Numbered from the stretch's first letter, positions 40,452 through 49,920 are shown. The stretch: DNA of 64,000 bases from an uncultured Clostridiaceae bacterium (GCA_942493365.1 OW818697.1:418634-482633), one strand, 5' to 3'. The notes: a model not told the origin generated them from the letters alone. Translations and numbers: made by a program.

Positions 40452-41489
40452 ATGCTATATTATCGTAAAATGTCGGCTACTATTGCCGTAACGGTTTATC
40501 TGGCGCTGATATTTTGCTCATGCAGCAGCAATGCTAGAATAACGGAGACAACGCCTGAAACCCTCATCACGACGACTCAGACAACCGCGCCGTCACCAAG
40601 CCCCTTGCCGACCCCCGTGCCGACGGACGAATTCGTCATTGAATCGCCAGCGACTGATTCTAGCGGGCGACCTTATCAGCTGCTTTCCGTTACCAACCCC
40701 TATCAGGTTGACCTGAACAACGACGGCAAAAAAGAAAGCATTTCGCTCGATTTCAGGCAGAATCCGGCAGTTGACTGGGCGTACCAATGCTATGTTCTTT
40801 TTGTTAATGGTGAAGTCGCAGCTGTTTTGTCTGACGAACATCCAACCGTTGTCCTGATCGACCTCGACACCGCCGATGGCCATCTGGATTTGCTCATCGA
40901 ATATCAGAGACACGGCGATCAATATTACAGCGAAATCTATTTTTATGACGGCCTCAAACTGATTAATCGCGGCACCCTGATTGACAGCTTTTTGACCTGG
41001 CCGGGTCGTAACGACGAACAGCCTGGCAGTCAGCCATCCGGTCTGATTGCCGCCAAATTTCCCGAACAGGGCATCTTGATTGAATATAGCTATGGTGAGT
41101 ATGGAAACCGTTTAAACGAATACTGGTTTTATGAACAACCCTGGATCATCGCGCCCAACGGCCTATTTGAAAGCGTGCCGCTGGACGACTATCTGCCGAT
41201 GCTCTGCCTTGACGAAGCAACCGGCGCACGATTGCATTATCTGCCCGCCACCCTGATAATCGACCTGCCGCTTTACGCCGATCCATCGGCCGCGCAAACC
41301 TCCATCACCGCCGCCGCCGGCGAATCCGTACGTCTGATTCGTACCGACAACCTGCAGTGGTTCGAGTTGCAGCGCCCGAACGGCCAGCGCGGCTGGTTCC
41401 GGACTGACTATTTTGGTGGCTATAATATCTTGAGCAACGGCGACGTCATTGACAGGGATGACGTTTTCGAGGGGCCGTATTTCGAATGA
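40452..41489 (+). CDS. probable lipoprotein of unknown function, family member B1
   Basis: It has a signal-like N-terminus ending 'FCSC', a Thr/Pro linker, 'DLNNDGKKESISL', 'APNGLFE', 'DLPLYADP', 'RGWFRTDY' and 'VFEG'. Confidence 0.6.
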   Translation: MLYYRKMSATIAVTVYLALIFCSCSSNARITETTPETLITTTQTTAPSPSPLPTPVPTDEFVIESPATDSSGRPYQLLSVTNPYQVDLNNDGKKESISLDFRQNPAVDWAYQCYVLFVNGEVAAVLSDEHPTVVLIDLDTADGHLDLLIEYQRHGDQYYSEIYFYDGLKLINRGTLIDSFLTWPGRNDEQPGSQPSGLIAAKFPEQGILIEYSYGEYGNRLNEYWFYEQPWIIAPNGLFESVPLDDYLPMLCLDEATGARLHYLPATLIIDLPLYADPSAAQTSITAAAGESVRLIRTDNLQWFELQRPNGQRGWFRTDYFGGYNILSNGDVIDRDDVFEGPYFE

Positions 41490-41566
41490 TTATAAGTGCG
41501 TGAAAATATTCATGGCATGATACATAGAAAACTTAATTGCCGCTGTTATAAACGAAAGGCAGGGAT

Positions 41567-42655
41567 ATGATGCTTGCATTTACGACGAACAATAGAATCT
41601 TGCGAATCATGGTCTGTGTCCTGGCTATCAGCCTGCTTGCGGCCGGCTGCGCTGCTCAGACAACCGCTTCCGTATCAACGGCCATAACAACAGCGGAGTC
41701 CAAGCCGACCGCAACGACTATCAGGCATGAGACTGAACCGACCGCAACGACCACGGCCGCTCCCACAACATTCGAGACCGAGCCGGTCGCAACCAAACCG
41801 CCGATCGTCGAGCCGGCCGAATACATCACAATCACCACGCCGGCCAAAAACGCCGACGGCTTGGTTTTTCAGCCGCTGGACATCAGCAAGGGCTATAAGG
41901 TTGATCTCAACAAAGACGGCGTGCCGGAAAAAATATCTTTCGTCACCTCAACTGAGGAGTTTTCGGACTGTTACTACATCATTATCAATGATCAGTACAC
42001 CGCAATAGGCAGTGAAGAGAACTACGATGCAAGTTGGCCGGTTATCGCTGATCTGGATATCAAGGACGACGTTTATGACTTGATCTATTTTCAACCCTGG
42101 GAGGAATACTGGAGCACCCTTGTCTATTATTTCGACGGAGAGAAACTCAATTATCGCGGCGACATTTTCGGTGACATCATGCTTTACGATGTTGAAAACG
42201 ATTTAAAACCGGTAGCTTTACGCGATGGCTTCCTGGATGGACAGGGTAACATCATCACATTCGATTTCAGCACTCTGAGTTTTAACATCAATTATGACAA
42301 AAACATGCGGATTGCCCCCAATGGCTTGATCGAAGTGATTTCTGTCCAAGGGTTTCGCCGGATCTATAATTATGACTGGGTGGCAAATCAAAAAAGCTAC
42401 AATTTTGAAATGACTCTCAAAATGGATCTGCCCTTGTACACATCACCTTCAGCCGCCAAGACGTCGCTGACGGCCCAAGCCGGTGACTCCATTCAGTTCA
42501 TACAATGCGACGACACCTGGTATCAGCTACGCACGCAAACGGGTCAGTTGGGCTGGTTCCGCATGGAGATCGGCGGCAACTATGAAGTGATCGTCGGTCA
42601 TCAAACCTATAGCCCAACGGAAGTGTTCGAGGGCATCTCGACCTATGATTCTTGA
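41567..42655 (+). CDS. lipoprotein of unknown function, family member A2
   Basis: The 5' region, including the ribosome-binding site and signal peptide, is nearly identical at the nucleotide level to A1. It has the same motif set ('DLNKDGVPEKISF', 'LGWFRM', 'VFEG'). Confidence 0.6.
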   Translation: MMLAFTTNNRILRIMVCVLAISLLAAGCAAQTTASVSTAITTAESKPTATTIRHETEPTATTTAAPTTFETEPVATKPPIVEPAEYITITTPAKNADGLVFQPLDISKGYKVDLNKDGVPEKISFVTSTEEFSDCYYIIINDQYTAIGSEENYDASWPVIADLDIKDDVYDLIYFQPWEEYWSTLVYYFDGEKLNYRGDIFGDIMLYDVENDLKPVALRDGFLDGQGNIITFDFSTLSFNINYDKNMRIAPNGLIEVISVQGFRRIYNYDWVANQKSYNFEMTLKMDLPLYTSPSAAKTSLTAQAGDSIQFIQCDDTWYQLRTQTGQLGWFRMEIGGNYEVIVGHQTYSPTEVFEGISTYDS

Positions 42656-42674
42656 TGAAGGGGGGGTGTGAATC

Positions 42675-43697
42675 ATGATCAAGCGGAAAATCAGAGGCAG
42701 CACTCGATTGCTGGCCGGCATTTTCCTGACGTTGGCGCTAGTCGGTTGTGCCGCACCGGGTTCTATGACGCCTGAAACCGTCAACACAACAGATGAGACA
42801 GCAGTGACTTCGTCAACGACAACCACCGAACCATCAAGTGATATTGTTATTGAGACTCTGGCAACAGATCCGGACGGACGTCCTTTCCAGGTGCTTTCCA
42901 TAGCCAATTCTTATCTGGTCGACCTCAATGGCGACGGAACCCAGGAACATCTTTCGATCGACCTCCGAGAGGAACCGGAAAGTCATGATATCGATAAGCA
43001 CTTCATCCTGCTGCTGAACGGAGAAATCGCAGGCTTGCTGGATACTGAACCACCGACCATTGTCCTGACCGATCTTGATCAGGCCGATGGTTATCTGGAC
43101 TTGCTGCTGGAATGGCAGGGCTACCTTGGTTATACTAGCGGATTCTATTTTTATGACGGCCAAAATATGATTAATCGCGGGATCATTGAAGACAGCTTCC
43201 TTTACTGGCCGGGTCGCAACGACGAACAGTCCGGCAATCAGCCAACCGGACTGGATGAAACCAAATTGCCCGAAAGCGGCATCCTGATTGAAAACAACTT
43301 CGGTCAGTACGGGTATTTTTCGGACGACAAATGGTTTTATGAACAACCCTGGTTCATCGCGCCCAACGGCCTGTTCGAGAAGATGCCGCTGGAAGGCTAT
43401 CTGCCGATGGCCTGCTTTGACGACGCAACCGGCGCTCGTTTGCCCTATCTGCCTGTTAACCTGAAAATTGACCTGCCGCTCTACGTCGAGCCGACAGCCG
43501 CGCAAACCATCATTACCGCTGTCGCCGGTGAAACCGTCCACCTGACTCGGACTGACAACATTCAGTGGGTTGAGTTGCAGCGCCCGAACGGCCAGCGTGG
43601 CTGGTTTAGAACGGATTACCGCGGCGGCTATACCATCCTGATCGACGGTGATGAGATTGCCAAGGAAGATGTCTTCATGGGCATCAATTACAATTGA
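42675..43697 (+). CDS. lipoprotein of unknown function, family member B2
   Basis: It has the lipobox 'LALVGC', 'DLNGDGTQEHLSI', 'APNGLFE', 'DLPLYVEP' and 'RGWFRTDY'. Long stretches are near-identical to B1. Confidence 0.6.
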   Translation: MIKRKIRGSTRLLAGIFLTLALVGCAAPGSMTPETVNTTDETAVTSSTTTTEPSSDIVIETLATDPDGRPFQVLSIANSYLVDLNGDGTQEHLSIDLREEPESHDIDKHFILLLNGEIAGLLDTEPPTIVLTDLDQADGYLDLLLEWQGYLGYTSGFYFYDGQNMINRGIIEDSFLYWPGRNDEQSGNQPTGLDETKLPESGILIENNFGQYGYFSDDKWFYEQPWFIAPNGLFEKMPLEGYLPMACFDDATGARLPYLPVNLKIDLPLYVEPTAAQTIITAVAGETVHLTRTDNIQWVELQRPNGQRGWFRTDYRGGYTILIDGDEIAKEDVFMGINYN

Positions 43698-43719
43698 CTA
43701 AAACTGTTCCACATTTCTC

Positions 43720-43753
43720 AAAAAAAGAGAGCCCGCAAACCTGCGAGCTCTCT
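43720..43753 (-). terminator. rho-independent terminator (probably bidirectional) between convergent genes
   Basis: The stem pairs AGAGAGC (43726-43732) with GCTCTCT (43747-43753), with an inner CGCA/TGCG pairing. On the minus strand a 7-nt T run (43720-43726) follows. Confidence 0.65.
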
Positions 43754-43775
43754 TCACATCAATTCAGGATGTTGA

Positions 43776-45551
43776 TCAGTAACTGGGAATGGCAGCACTT
43801 AAACCGAGACGATCGGCAAGTTCGGCGAATTTCTGCATAACATCTTCGGTCATCAGCTCGCTGATCCCCGCGTCGTCAGTAATGCTGACGGTGTCAACGT
43901 CGCTCAGATCGGGGATGGTGGCGTCATTGGCCGCGATTTCGGAGTAACGAATATTCAGCGAGCCAATACCAGCAATGCTGAGATCCATGACGAAAACGTT
44001 GCCGTCAGCTTTGGCTTCGTAATTGATCTCGGTGGGCATGCCGGACGAAAGAGAGGATTCATCAACAATGGTTAGGGTGAATTTGCCCAGCGTGAAGTCT
44101 TTCGAGCCGATCCTTTGCTCAAAAACATTTTCAAAATCGATCGTGGCCATGGTGACACCATCAACACCAAAGGTCGCACCACCGGTCTTTTTGCCGCCAG
44201 TTACGGTGTATTCCGACAGGTATTCAATGGCGCCTGTTCCGGTGTCGATCAGGTAGGAGACGGCTTCCTTGTTGCCGCTGACCGGGTGGGCATACTGGAA
44301 GCTCATCATGGTGGCACCGGCGCTGGTGATGGTCAGATCACGGCCGACAACCTCTTGATTGATATTAATATAAACTTTCTGTTCAATGGTAAAGTCGGCG
44401 CTGGTGTCATTTTCGGTGTCGTTGAGCTGGTCGATACTGACCTGTAAATCGGCTTCGTAGTCTTCCCTGGCAAGCTCGCCTGCACCAGAGGAAACAGCCG
44501 TCTGGTTGTAAAGCTTGAAAATCTCGTCGTCTTTTTGCAGCATTTCCATAATTTCAATGAGCATCAGGCGGGCGCTTTCCTTTTCGATGGTCATGGTGTA
44601 ACAATCATACTTGGCAGAAATTTCGCCAGCGGTGAGCGTTTGTCCCGCAGTCATCTCACATTTGTCGACATGTTTGAGCATGATGTCGATCATTTTGGAG
44701 AAGGTATTCTTGAGCGCTGCTTCGTTAAAGCTGAAATCGAAGCTACCAGCACCGCTGAACATAGCCGGATCAAGGACTGAGGTATCGACGCCGGATTGGC
44801 TCATCAGGGCGAGGAGTTCTTCGGAAGTGGCCGAGATGTATTTGGGCAAAATATCCGGCAGACCGACCAGCATCTGGTCAGAATCGATCAAGCCTTGAGC
44901 AGACAGCAAAACTTCGTCGCCGGTCGTCAAGTCGAGCTGATCAAACATCTTGGTCACATCGCCGGTGCGATTATACAACAATCGGTTTTTGAGCGTTAGG
45001 TTCTCGTAAATGGCAGCCATTTCGGCATCCAAGCCCAACGCGGTTTCGTCGAGATCGACTTTGAATTCAACGTTATAGCCGCCTTTGTCTGCAGTATTGG
45101 TATACTGGCCCACATCTCCGATCAGGTCAGAGGTGTTCTGTTTGAGCTCTTTTCCTTCGACGTATGCGTAATAACCCTTGGTTCCCAGCAGTGCCTTATT
45201 GACAGTAGCGCCGACGCCGGGGACAAAAGCATAAACACCGACGCAGACCAGTGCAATGACCAAAATAACAACGATGGCGACCAGCGCGCCTTTTTTCTTG
45301 CGGCGCGGTGCCGGCGCAGGTGGATTGGGCATGGCGTAGACAGGAGGCGTATACTGCGTTGCGGCCGGAGCGGGCGTGGCGCCGGTTTTGGTTCCGCATA
45401 CACCGCAAAACAGAGCGCCGGGTTTCAGCGGGTTTTGACAGTTCGCGCAGGTCGAAGCGACGTTATTTGCGACGTCAACGGTTCGAGAGCCGCAGTTCGC
45501 ACAGAAAACGGCATTTTCCGGCATGTCGGCACCGCAATTTATACATTTCAT
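43776..45551 (-). CDS. double zinc-ribbon, single-pass membrane protein with large extracytoplasmic domain
   Basis: The N-terminus has 'CINCGADMPENAVFCANCG' and 'CANCQNPLKPGALFCGVCG'. A Pro-rich linker and a TM helix ('ALVAIVVILVIALVCVGVYAFV') follow, then about 480 aa with no recognisable motif. Confidence 0.6.
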   Translation of the reverse strand: MKCINCGADMPENAVFCANCGSRTVDVANNVASTCANCQNPLKPGALFCGVCGTKTGATPAPAATQYTPPVYAMPNPPAPAPRRKKKGALVAIVVILVIALVCVGVYAFVPGVGATVNKALLGTKGYYAYVEGKELKQNTSDLIGDVGQYTNTADKGGYNVEFKVDLDETALGLDAEMAAIYENLTLKNRLLYNRTGDVTKMFDQLDLTTGDEVLLSAQGLIDSDQMLVGLPDILPKYISATSEELLALMSQSGVDTSVLDPAMFSGAGSFDFSFNEAALKNTFSKMIDIMLKHVDKCEMTAGQTLTAGEISAKYDCYTMTIEKESARLMLIEIMEMLQKDDEIFKLYNQTAVSSGAGELAREDYEADLQVSIDQLNDTENDTSADFTIEQKVYININQEVVGRDLTITSAGATMMSFQYAHPVSGNKEAVSYLIDTGTGAIEYLSEYTVTGGKKTGGATFGVDGVTMATIDFENVFEQRIGSKDFTLGKFTLTIVDESSLSSGMPTEINYEAKADGNVFVMDLSIAGIGSLNIRYSEIAANDATIPDLSDVDTVSITDDAGISELMTEDVMQKFAELADRLGLSAAIPSY

Positions 45552-45658
45552 GATAGATCCTCCTTCTGATTCCTGGCATAAATATACTAAGAAAAGATAA
45601 CTAGATTATAAACCTGTTAATCAGTCAAGGCAATGTACCGCACAGAAAACTGACAAGA

Positions 45659-46627
45659 TCAGTCGGCGAAAAACAGACCGTCGAAAACCTCGCCACCGTA
45701 AAACGCCTGGGCACCAACCAGAACGGAAAGGCCGCCGTCTGTAAGCTGAAACCAGCCAAGTTCGCCTTTCTGTGTTCGCATCTGAATCCATTCGACATCA
45801 TCGGTCCAGATCAGACTGCCCGTCTCGCCAACTTCAGCAACCAGTGTCGGATCGCTGTCACCCGGCACGGCATAAAGCGGTAAATCCATCAGCAGCGATA
45901 CCGCTGTTTCTGGCAGGCGGTCGCCAGTCAAAAGATCAAAGCTGGCCATCGCGGCATACTGCTGAGGAATCTGTTGAAGCTGACCACCAACTCCGACATG
46001 CCAGGGTTGATCGTAGTACCAGGTGTGCAAAACGTTGCCGCGGGCCAGGGCAATCAGACGGCCAAAGCCATCGAGCTGAATCGTGCCCTGTCCATAAGGG
46101 TCGGTCACAATAGTTGGACTGTAGGGATCACAGATTGTACCCTGAACCGAACCACGGCTGACAAGGCTGGCACCATTGAAATAATAAAAGGTCACAAGAT
46201 AATCGTCGCTTGGCCCAAGCTCCTGAACAGCGAGGTCCAGAAAAGAGTCGTCAGCATTGAGATCAGTCAGAAAAAACCAGTCGGTCAGGAAATTATCGCC
46301 TTCCCAGGCCATGACGATGCCGTTGAAGGTCAAGTTGGCATGGAATTCATCGATGACGGTGTAAGAAAAATTTTCGCTTTCGCCGTCAGCATTGAGATCA
46401 AAACGATGGTTTATGCCGGCCGGCAGCGGCTGGTAGAAAATGTCAGGTAATGGCGGCTCGGTCGGTGGTGTTGTTTCAATCGTGGTTTCAATGACTGTTT
46501 CGGTCGTGGTCACCGCGGTGGTGCTGGTGTTCGCCGAGAATCTGCAGCTACCAAGCAAAACCGCCGCTATAAGGACTGCTGGTAAAACAAATAAATTGAA
46601 TGAACCCGATTTGACAACAAGCCGCAT
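45659..46627 (-). CDS. lipoprotein of unknown function, family member C (fifth paralogue)
   Basis: It has the lipobox 'LLGSC', a Thr-rich linker, 'DLNADGESENFSY', 'DLPLYAVP', 'LGWFQL' and 'VFDGLF'. The ATG at 46627 follows GGGAGG; the ORF opens at 46702. Confidence 0.6.
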   Translation of the reverse strand: MRLVVKSGSFNLFVLPAVLIAAVLLGSCRFSANTSTTAVTTTETVIETTIETTPPTEPPLPDIFYQPLPAGINHRFDLNADGESENFSYTVIDEFHANLTFNGIVMAWEGDNFLTDWFFLTDLNADDSFLDLAVQELGPSDDYLVTFYYFNGASLVSRGSVQGTICDPYSPTIVTDPYGQGTIQLDGFGRLIALARGNVLHTWYYDQPWHVGVGGQLQQIPQQYAAMASFDLLTGDRLPETAVSLLMDLPLYAVPGDSDPTLVAEVGETGSLIWTDDVEWIQMRTQKGELGWFQLTDGGLSVLVGAQAFYGGEVFDGLFFAD

Positions 46628-46693
46628 GATGGTCGCCTCCCTTTTTGCATGATTATTATAACATATGCTTGACAAATACAAACGAAGGATGTA

Positions 46694-46731
46694 TTGTCTC
46701 ATTGTACTAAGCGCTTAGTACAATGAGACAA
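46694..46731. promoter_or_regulatory. perfect 38-bp palindrome, candidate GntR/YtrA operator
   Basis: TTGTCTCATTGTACTAAGC|GCTTAGTACAATGAGACAA has 19-bp arms with no mismatch. It lies between the divergent lipoprotein C gene and the gntR gene and contains the GT-N-AC type core. Confidence 0.7.
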
Positions 46732-46748
46732 CAGGAGGTGAGCCTTGC

Positions 46749-47111
46749 ATGCTGATTGAGTTTTCTGGCGATACTCCGATCTACCTGCAGCTGATCCAGA
46801 TCGTCCGACAGGCCATTATCACCGGCGAGATGCCACCGGGCAGCAAAATACCCAGCGTTCGCGATCTGGCTGTTCAGTATGGCGTGAACCCCAACACGGT
46901 GCAGCGATCACTTGCCGAACTGGAACGCGACGGCCTCGTCTACGCGGAGCGAACCGCAGGCCGTTTCATCACGACCGATGCTATCCTGATTGAAAAAACC
47001 CGCAGCGAACTGGCTGACCTGCAAATCGACGCGTTCATCGCGCAGATGAAAGTGCTCGGCTACAGCCAGGAGCAACTGCAAAACATTTTGTCGAAGAAAT
47101 GGAGTGAATAA
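46749..47111 (+). CDS. GntR family transcriptional regulator (YtrA-like short subfamily)
   Basis: The 120-aa product has 'G.K.PSVRDLA...GVNPNTVQR.L.ELE..GL'. A GGAGGTG ribosome-binding site lies upstream. Confidence 0.85.
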   Translation: MLIEFSGDTPIYLQLIQIVRQAIITGEMPPGSKIPSVRDLAVQYGVNPNTVQRSLAELERDGLVYAERTAGRFITTDAILIEKTRSELADLQIDAFIAQMKVLGYSQEQLQNILSKKWSE

Positions 47112-47112
47112 G

Positions 47113-47820
47113 ATGTCCATCATAGAAATCAGTCATCTTAACAAGTCTTATGGCCCAACCAAAGTGCTGGCCGACCTCTCGCTGACCGCCGACTCGGGCC
47201 GCATCATCGGCCTCCTGGGGCCCAATGGCTGCGGCAAAAGCACCTTGCTCAAAATCATGGCCGGCCTGATCAGCGATTATGAGGGCGACATTCGGATCGA
47301 CGGTCAGCACCCTGGATTACACACCAAGAGCGTGGTTTCCTATCTGCCCGAGAAGACCTACCTCAGCGCCTGGCAGCGGCCAATCGACACGTTCGATTAT
47401 TTTGCTGACTTTTACGCCGATTTCGATCGAGCCAAGGCCGACGACATGCTCCAGCGGTTCCGGCTCAAACCCAAACAGCGAATCGGCACCATGTCCAAAG
47501 GCATGCAGGAAAAATTGCAGCTGGTCCTGGTCATGGCCCGACAGGCCAAAGTCTATTTGTTGGACGAGCCGATGGGCGGTGTTGATCCGGCGGCGCGCAG
47601 CGCCATACTGGACCTGGTGCTGCAAAACTATCAGGAAGATGCCGTGATGCTGCTGGCCACCCACCTGATTCAAGATGTCGAGCGAATTTTTGACCATGCC
47701 ATCATTCTGGGTTTCGGCGAAAAGATTATTGACGAAGATGTCGACACCATTCGCCAACAATACGGCAAAAGTGTCGATGAGGTCTTCCGGGAGGTGTTCA
47801 AATGTTCATTAAACTTTTAA
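47113..47820 (+). CDS. ABC transporter ATP-binding protein
   Basis: It has Walker A 'GPNGCGKST', the signature 'MSKGMQEKL' and Walker B 'YLLDEP'. The ATG at 47113 follows GGAG. Confidence 0.88.
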   Translation: MSIIEISHLNKSYGPTKVLADLSLTADSGRIIGLLGPNGCGKSTLLKIMAGLISDYEGDIRIDGQHPGLHTKSVVSYLPEKTYLSAWQRPIDTFDYFADFYADFDRAKADDMLQRFRLKPKQRIGTMSKGMQEKLQLVLVMARQAKVYLLDEPMGGVDPAARSAILDLVLQNYQEDAVMLLATHLIQDVERIFDHAIILGFGEKIIDEDVDTIRQQYGKSVDEVFREVFKCSLNF

Positions 47821-48623
47821 AGCATGAATTCCGCGCGACCCGCCGGACGGTACCGTTTATTTATCTTGCGACGATGTTCATGATTCTGGTCAATCTTTTG
47901 ACCCGGCAACTCGACATTGGCTGGGTGTCCGGCTTCATGATGATTATGATGATCGGCTTTGGCGCCGTGCAGATCCTGATGACCTACATTGTGGTGTTTG
48001 CTCGCTATTACAAAAATCTCTACAATTCCGAAGGATACCTGACACACACACTGCCGGTGCCGCCGCGCAAGCTGCTGGCCAGCAAGGCTGTGGTCGCCTT
48101 CTTCTGGCTACTGATCAGTTACATCCTGATGGCAGGCGTCATCGTAACCACCTTGATCCTGATCATCAGCGAGCAGGCTCATAATCTCAGCCTGCCCCAG
48201 GTCCTTGACCAACTGATCGCCGGATCCGGCATACAGAAAACATACTTTTACGCCGCCGCCGCCGGCTTTGCCGCTTATCTTTTGCTGGCCATCGCCAACT
48301 TGCTGGCCCAGGTCTATTTCGCCATCACGGTGGGCAATTTAGCGGTGTTTCACAAGATGGGCATCGCCGCGCCGATTCTGGCCTACCTGAGCGTCTATTT
48401 CGCGCAGCAAACCCTGACCCTCGTGGCCATCGTGTTCATCCCGCTGGGCATCAAACCCGTCGGCGATACGCTGCAAATTGTGCCAGAGGGAATGCTGACG
48501 ACGATCAGCAATCCAGACTACGTGATCATCGGCTTGGGCCCGGTTTTTATCATGGTGCTGATGACCGTCGCGCTGCTCTATGCAACCTCGCGTTTCATGG
48601 CGCGCGGCACCAGCCTCAAATAG
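47802..48623 (+). CDS. ABC transporter permease-like membrane protein
   Basis: The 273-aa product has about 6 TM helices and overlaps the ATPase gene by 19 nt. The gene context is ytrAB-like. Confidence 0.65.
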   Translation: MFIKLLKHEFRATRRTVPFIYLATMFMILVNLLTRQLDIGWVSGFMMIMMIGFGAVQILMTYIVVFARYYKNLYNSEGYLTHTLPVPPRKLLASKAVVAFFWLLISYILMAGVIVTTLILIISEQAHNLSLPQVLDQLIAGSGIQKTYFYAAAAGFAAYLLLAIANLLAQVYFAITVGNLAVFHKMGIAAPILAYLSVYFAQQTLTLVAIVFIPLGIKPVGDTLQIVPEGMLTTISNPDYVIIGLGPVFIMVLMTVALLYATSRFMARGTSLK

Positions 48624-48711
48624 AACTCTCAACGCCACCGGCTGACTTGTGATCTTTGGCCCGAAAGACTAAAATGGAAGTGCTGGATCACAAGCCGACC
48701 GGAGGCAGCCG

Positions 48712-49197
48712 ATGAAGCTCTACTTCAAGCAACAGCCCTTTGCATGGGGCGAACGTCTTGAGATCATTAACGAAGCACAAGCACTGGTTCTGTCGGCTGA
48801 AGGCGAGGTCTTCGACGGCGGGGCCTTGCTGCATCTTTATGACGCCAAGGGCGAGAAGGTCGCACAGGTCAGACAGCAACTGCTCAGTTGGCGGCCGCGC
48901 TATCACATCGAAGTCAAAGGCAAGGAAGTCGGCATTCTGCTCCAGCGTTACGCCATGGTGGGCACTCGCTATGACATCGACCTTTTGAGCTGGACGACGC
49001 GCGGCAACTGGGGATCCGAGCTGTTTGAAGTAGTCGACCACAGCCGCATTGTGATGACCGTCACGCCGGCCGCGATTGCTGGCTTTGACGGCTATCTGAT
49101 CGACATCGCAGTCAAAAACGATCTCTTGCCGGCGGTCTGCATCGGGTTGACCATAAACTTTTCGCTCGCGGCAGAACTTCATCACGGGGTGGGATAA
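48712..49197 (+). CDS. LURP-one-related / tubby C-terminal-like (DUF567) protein
   Basis: The 161-aa product has the pattern 'F.....D..G..V..V.....S....Y.I...G.....I'. This is a recognition-level call only. Confidence 0.5.
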   Translation: MKLYFKQQPFAWGERLEIINEAQALVLSAEGEVFDGGALLHLYDAKGEKVAQVRQQLLSWRPRYHIEVKGKEVGILLQRYAMVGTRYDIDLLSWTTRGNWGSELFEVVDHSRIVMTVTPAAIAGFDGYLIDIAVKNDLLPAVCIGLTINFSLAAELHHGVG

Positions 49198-49853
49198 TGG
49201 ATCGCGAAACGGCAATAACCTATGGAAAAATCGACGGCTGGCTGCAAGTTGGCTACGAAGCGTGGCACAAAAAACGCCTTGCGCACACCCGCGAATTTTG
49301 GCGGCAGGCCTGGGAGCTGATCGTCGACCTGATGGCGACGGGCCACTATGCCACGCTGGACGAACTCAACAAAGCCTTCGGCGGCAAACACGGCATCACC
49401 AGTTGGGCCGCAGACTATGGCGACGTCCTTTATCAATACGACAGCGACCACCCCGACGAAACGCCGGCCAGCCTTGCCTTCAACCGTCAGGTGCTCGCCT
49501 GGAGCGCCAACCCGCGTGATCTCAACAACCAAAACCGCCGCCGTATGATTGCCATCTGCACCTTCAAGCACGAAGGCCCGGCGGCCGGTGACGCGGTGTT
49601 TGCCGCCTACCTCGCCGAGAATCCCAGTTGGGGCTGGGGTTGGGCCAGTTGGGCCGATCAATACGGCTTTGACAGCCAAACAAGTTGGTACGACCTGGCA
49701 CGTGCCGAGGCCATTCTGCGTCAGTCCCTGACCGTTGAAGCGCTCGACAGCCGAGCCACCGTCCGCGAACGGCTGCGCGATGTCCTGCTCAAGCAAGGCC
49801 GCCCGAGCGCGGCGGCGGCAATCGAACTAACCGACACGCGGCGCCAGATTTGA
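49197..49853 (+). CDS. hypothetical protein (Trp-rich, helical)
   Basis: The 218-aa ORF has a TAATG stop/start overlap with the upstream gene. No motif was recognised. Confidence 0.45.
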   Translation: MDRETAITYGKIDGWLQVGYEAWHKKRLAHTREFWRQAWELIVDLMATGHYATLDELNKAFGGKHGITSWAADYGDVLYQYDSDHPDETPASLAFNRQVLAWSANPRDLNNQNRRRMIAICTFKHEGPAAGDAVFAAYLAENPSWGWGWASWADQYGFDSQTSWYDLARAEAILRQSLTVEALDSRATVRERLRDVLLKQGRPSAAAAIELTDTRRQI

Positions 49854-49920
49854 AGCAACGCAAAACATATGGTATGATTCTTGACATACCCAGACGATCA
49901 AAAACAAGGAGGCCAATACT

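Noticed and set aside
48688-49215. A 175-aa minus-strand ORF covers the same DNA as the LURP-one-like gene.
   Set aside because: The plus-strand reading has a start with an upstream GGAGG, a family-like pattern and a TAATG coupling to the next gene. The minus-strand product has no motif and no ribosome-binding site.
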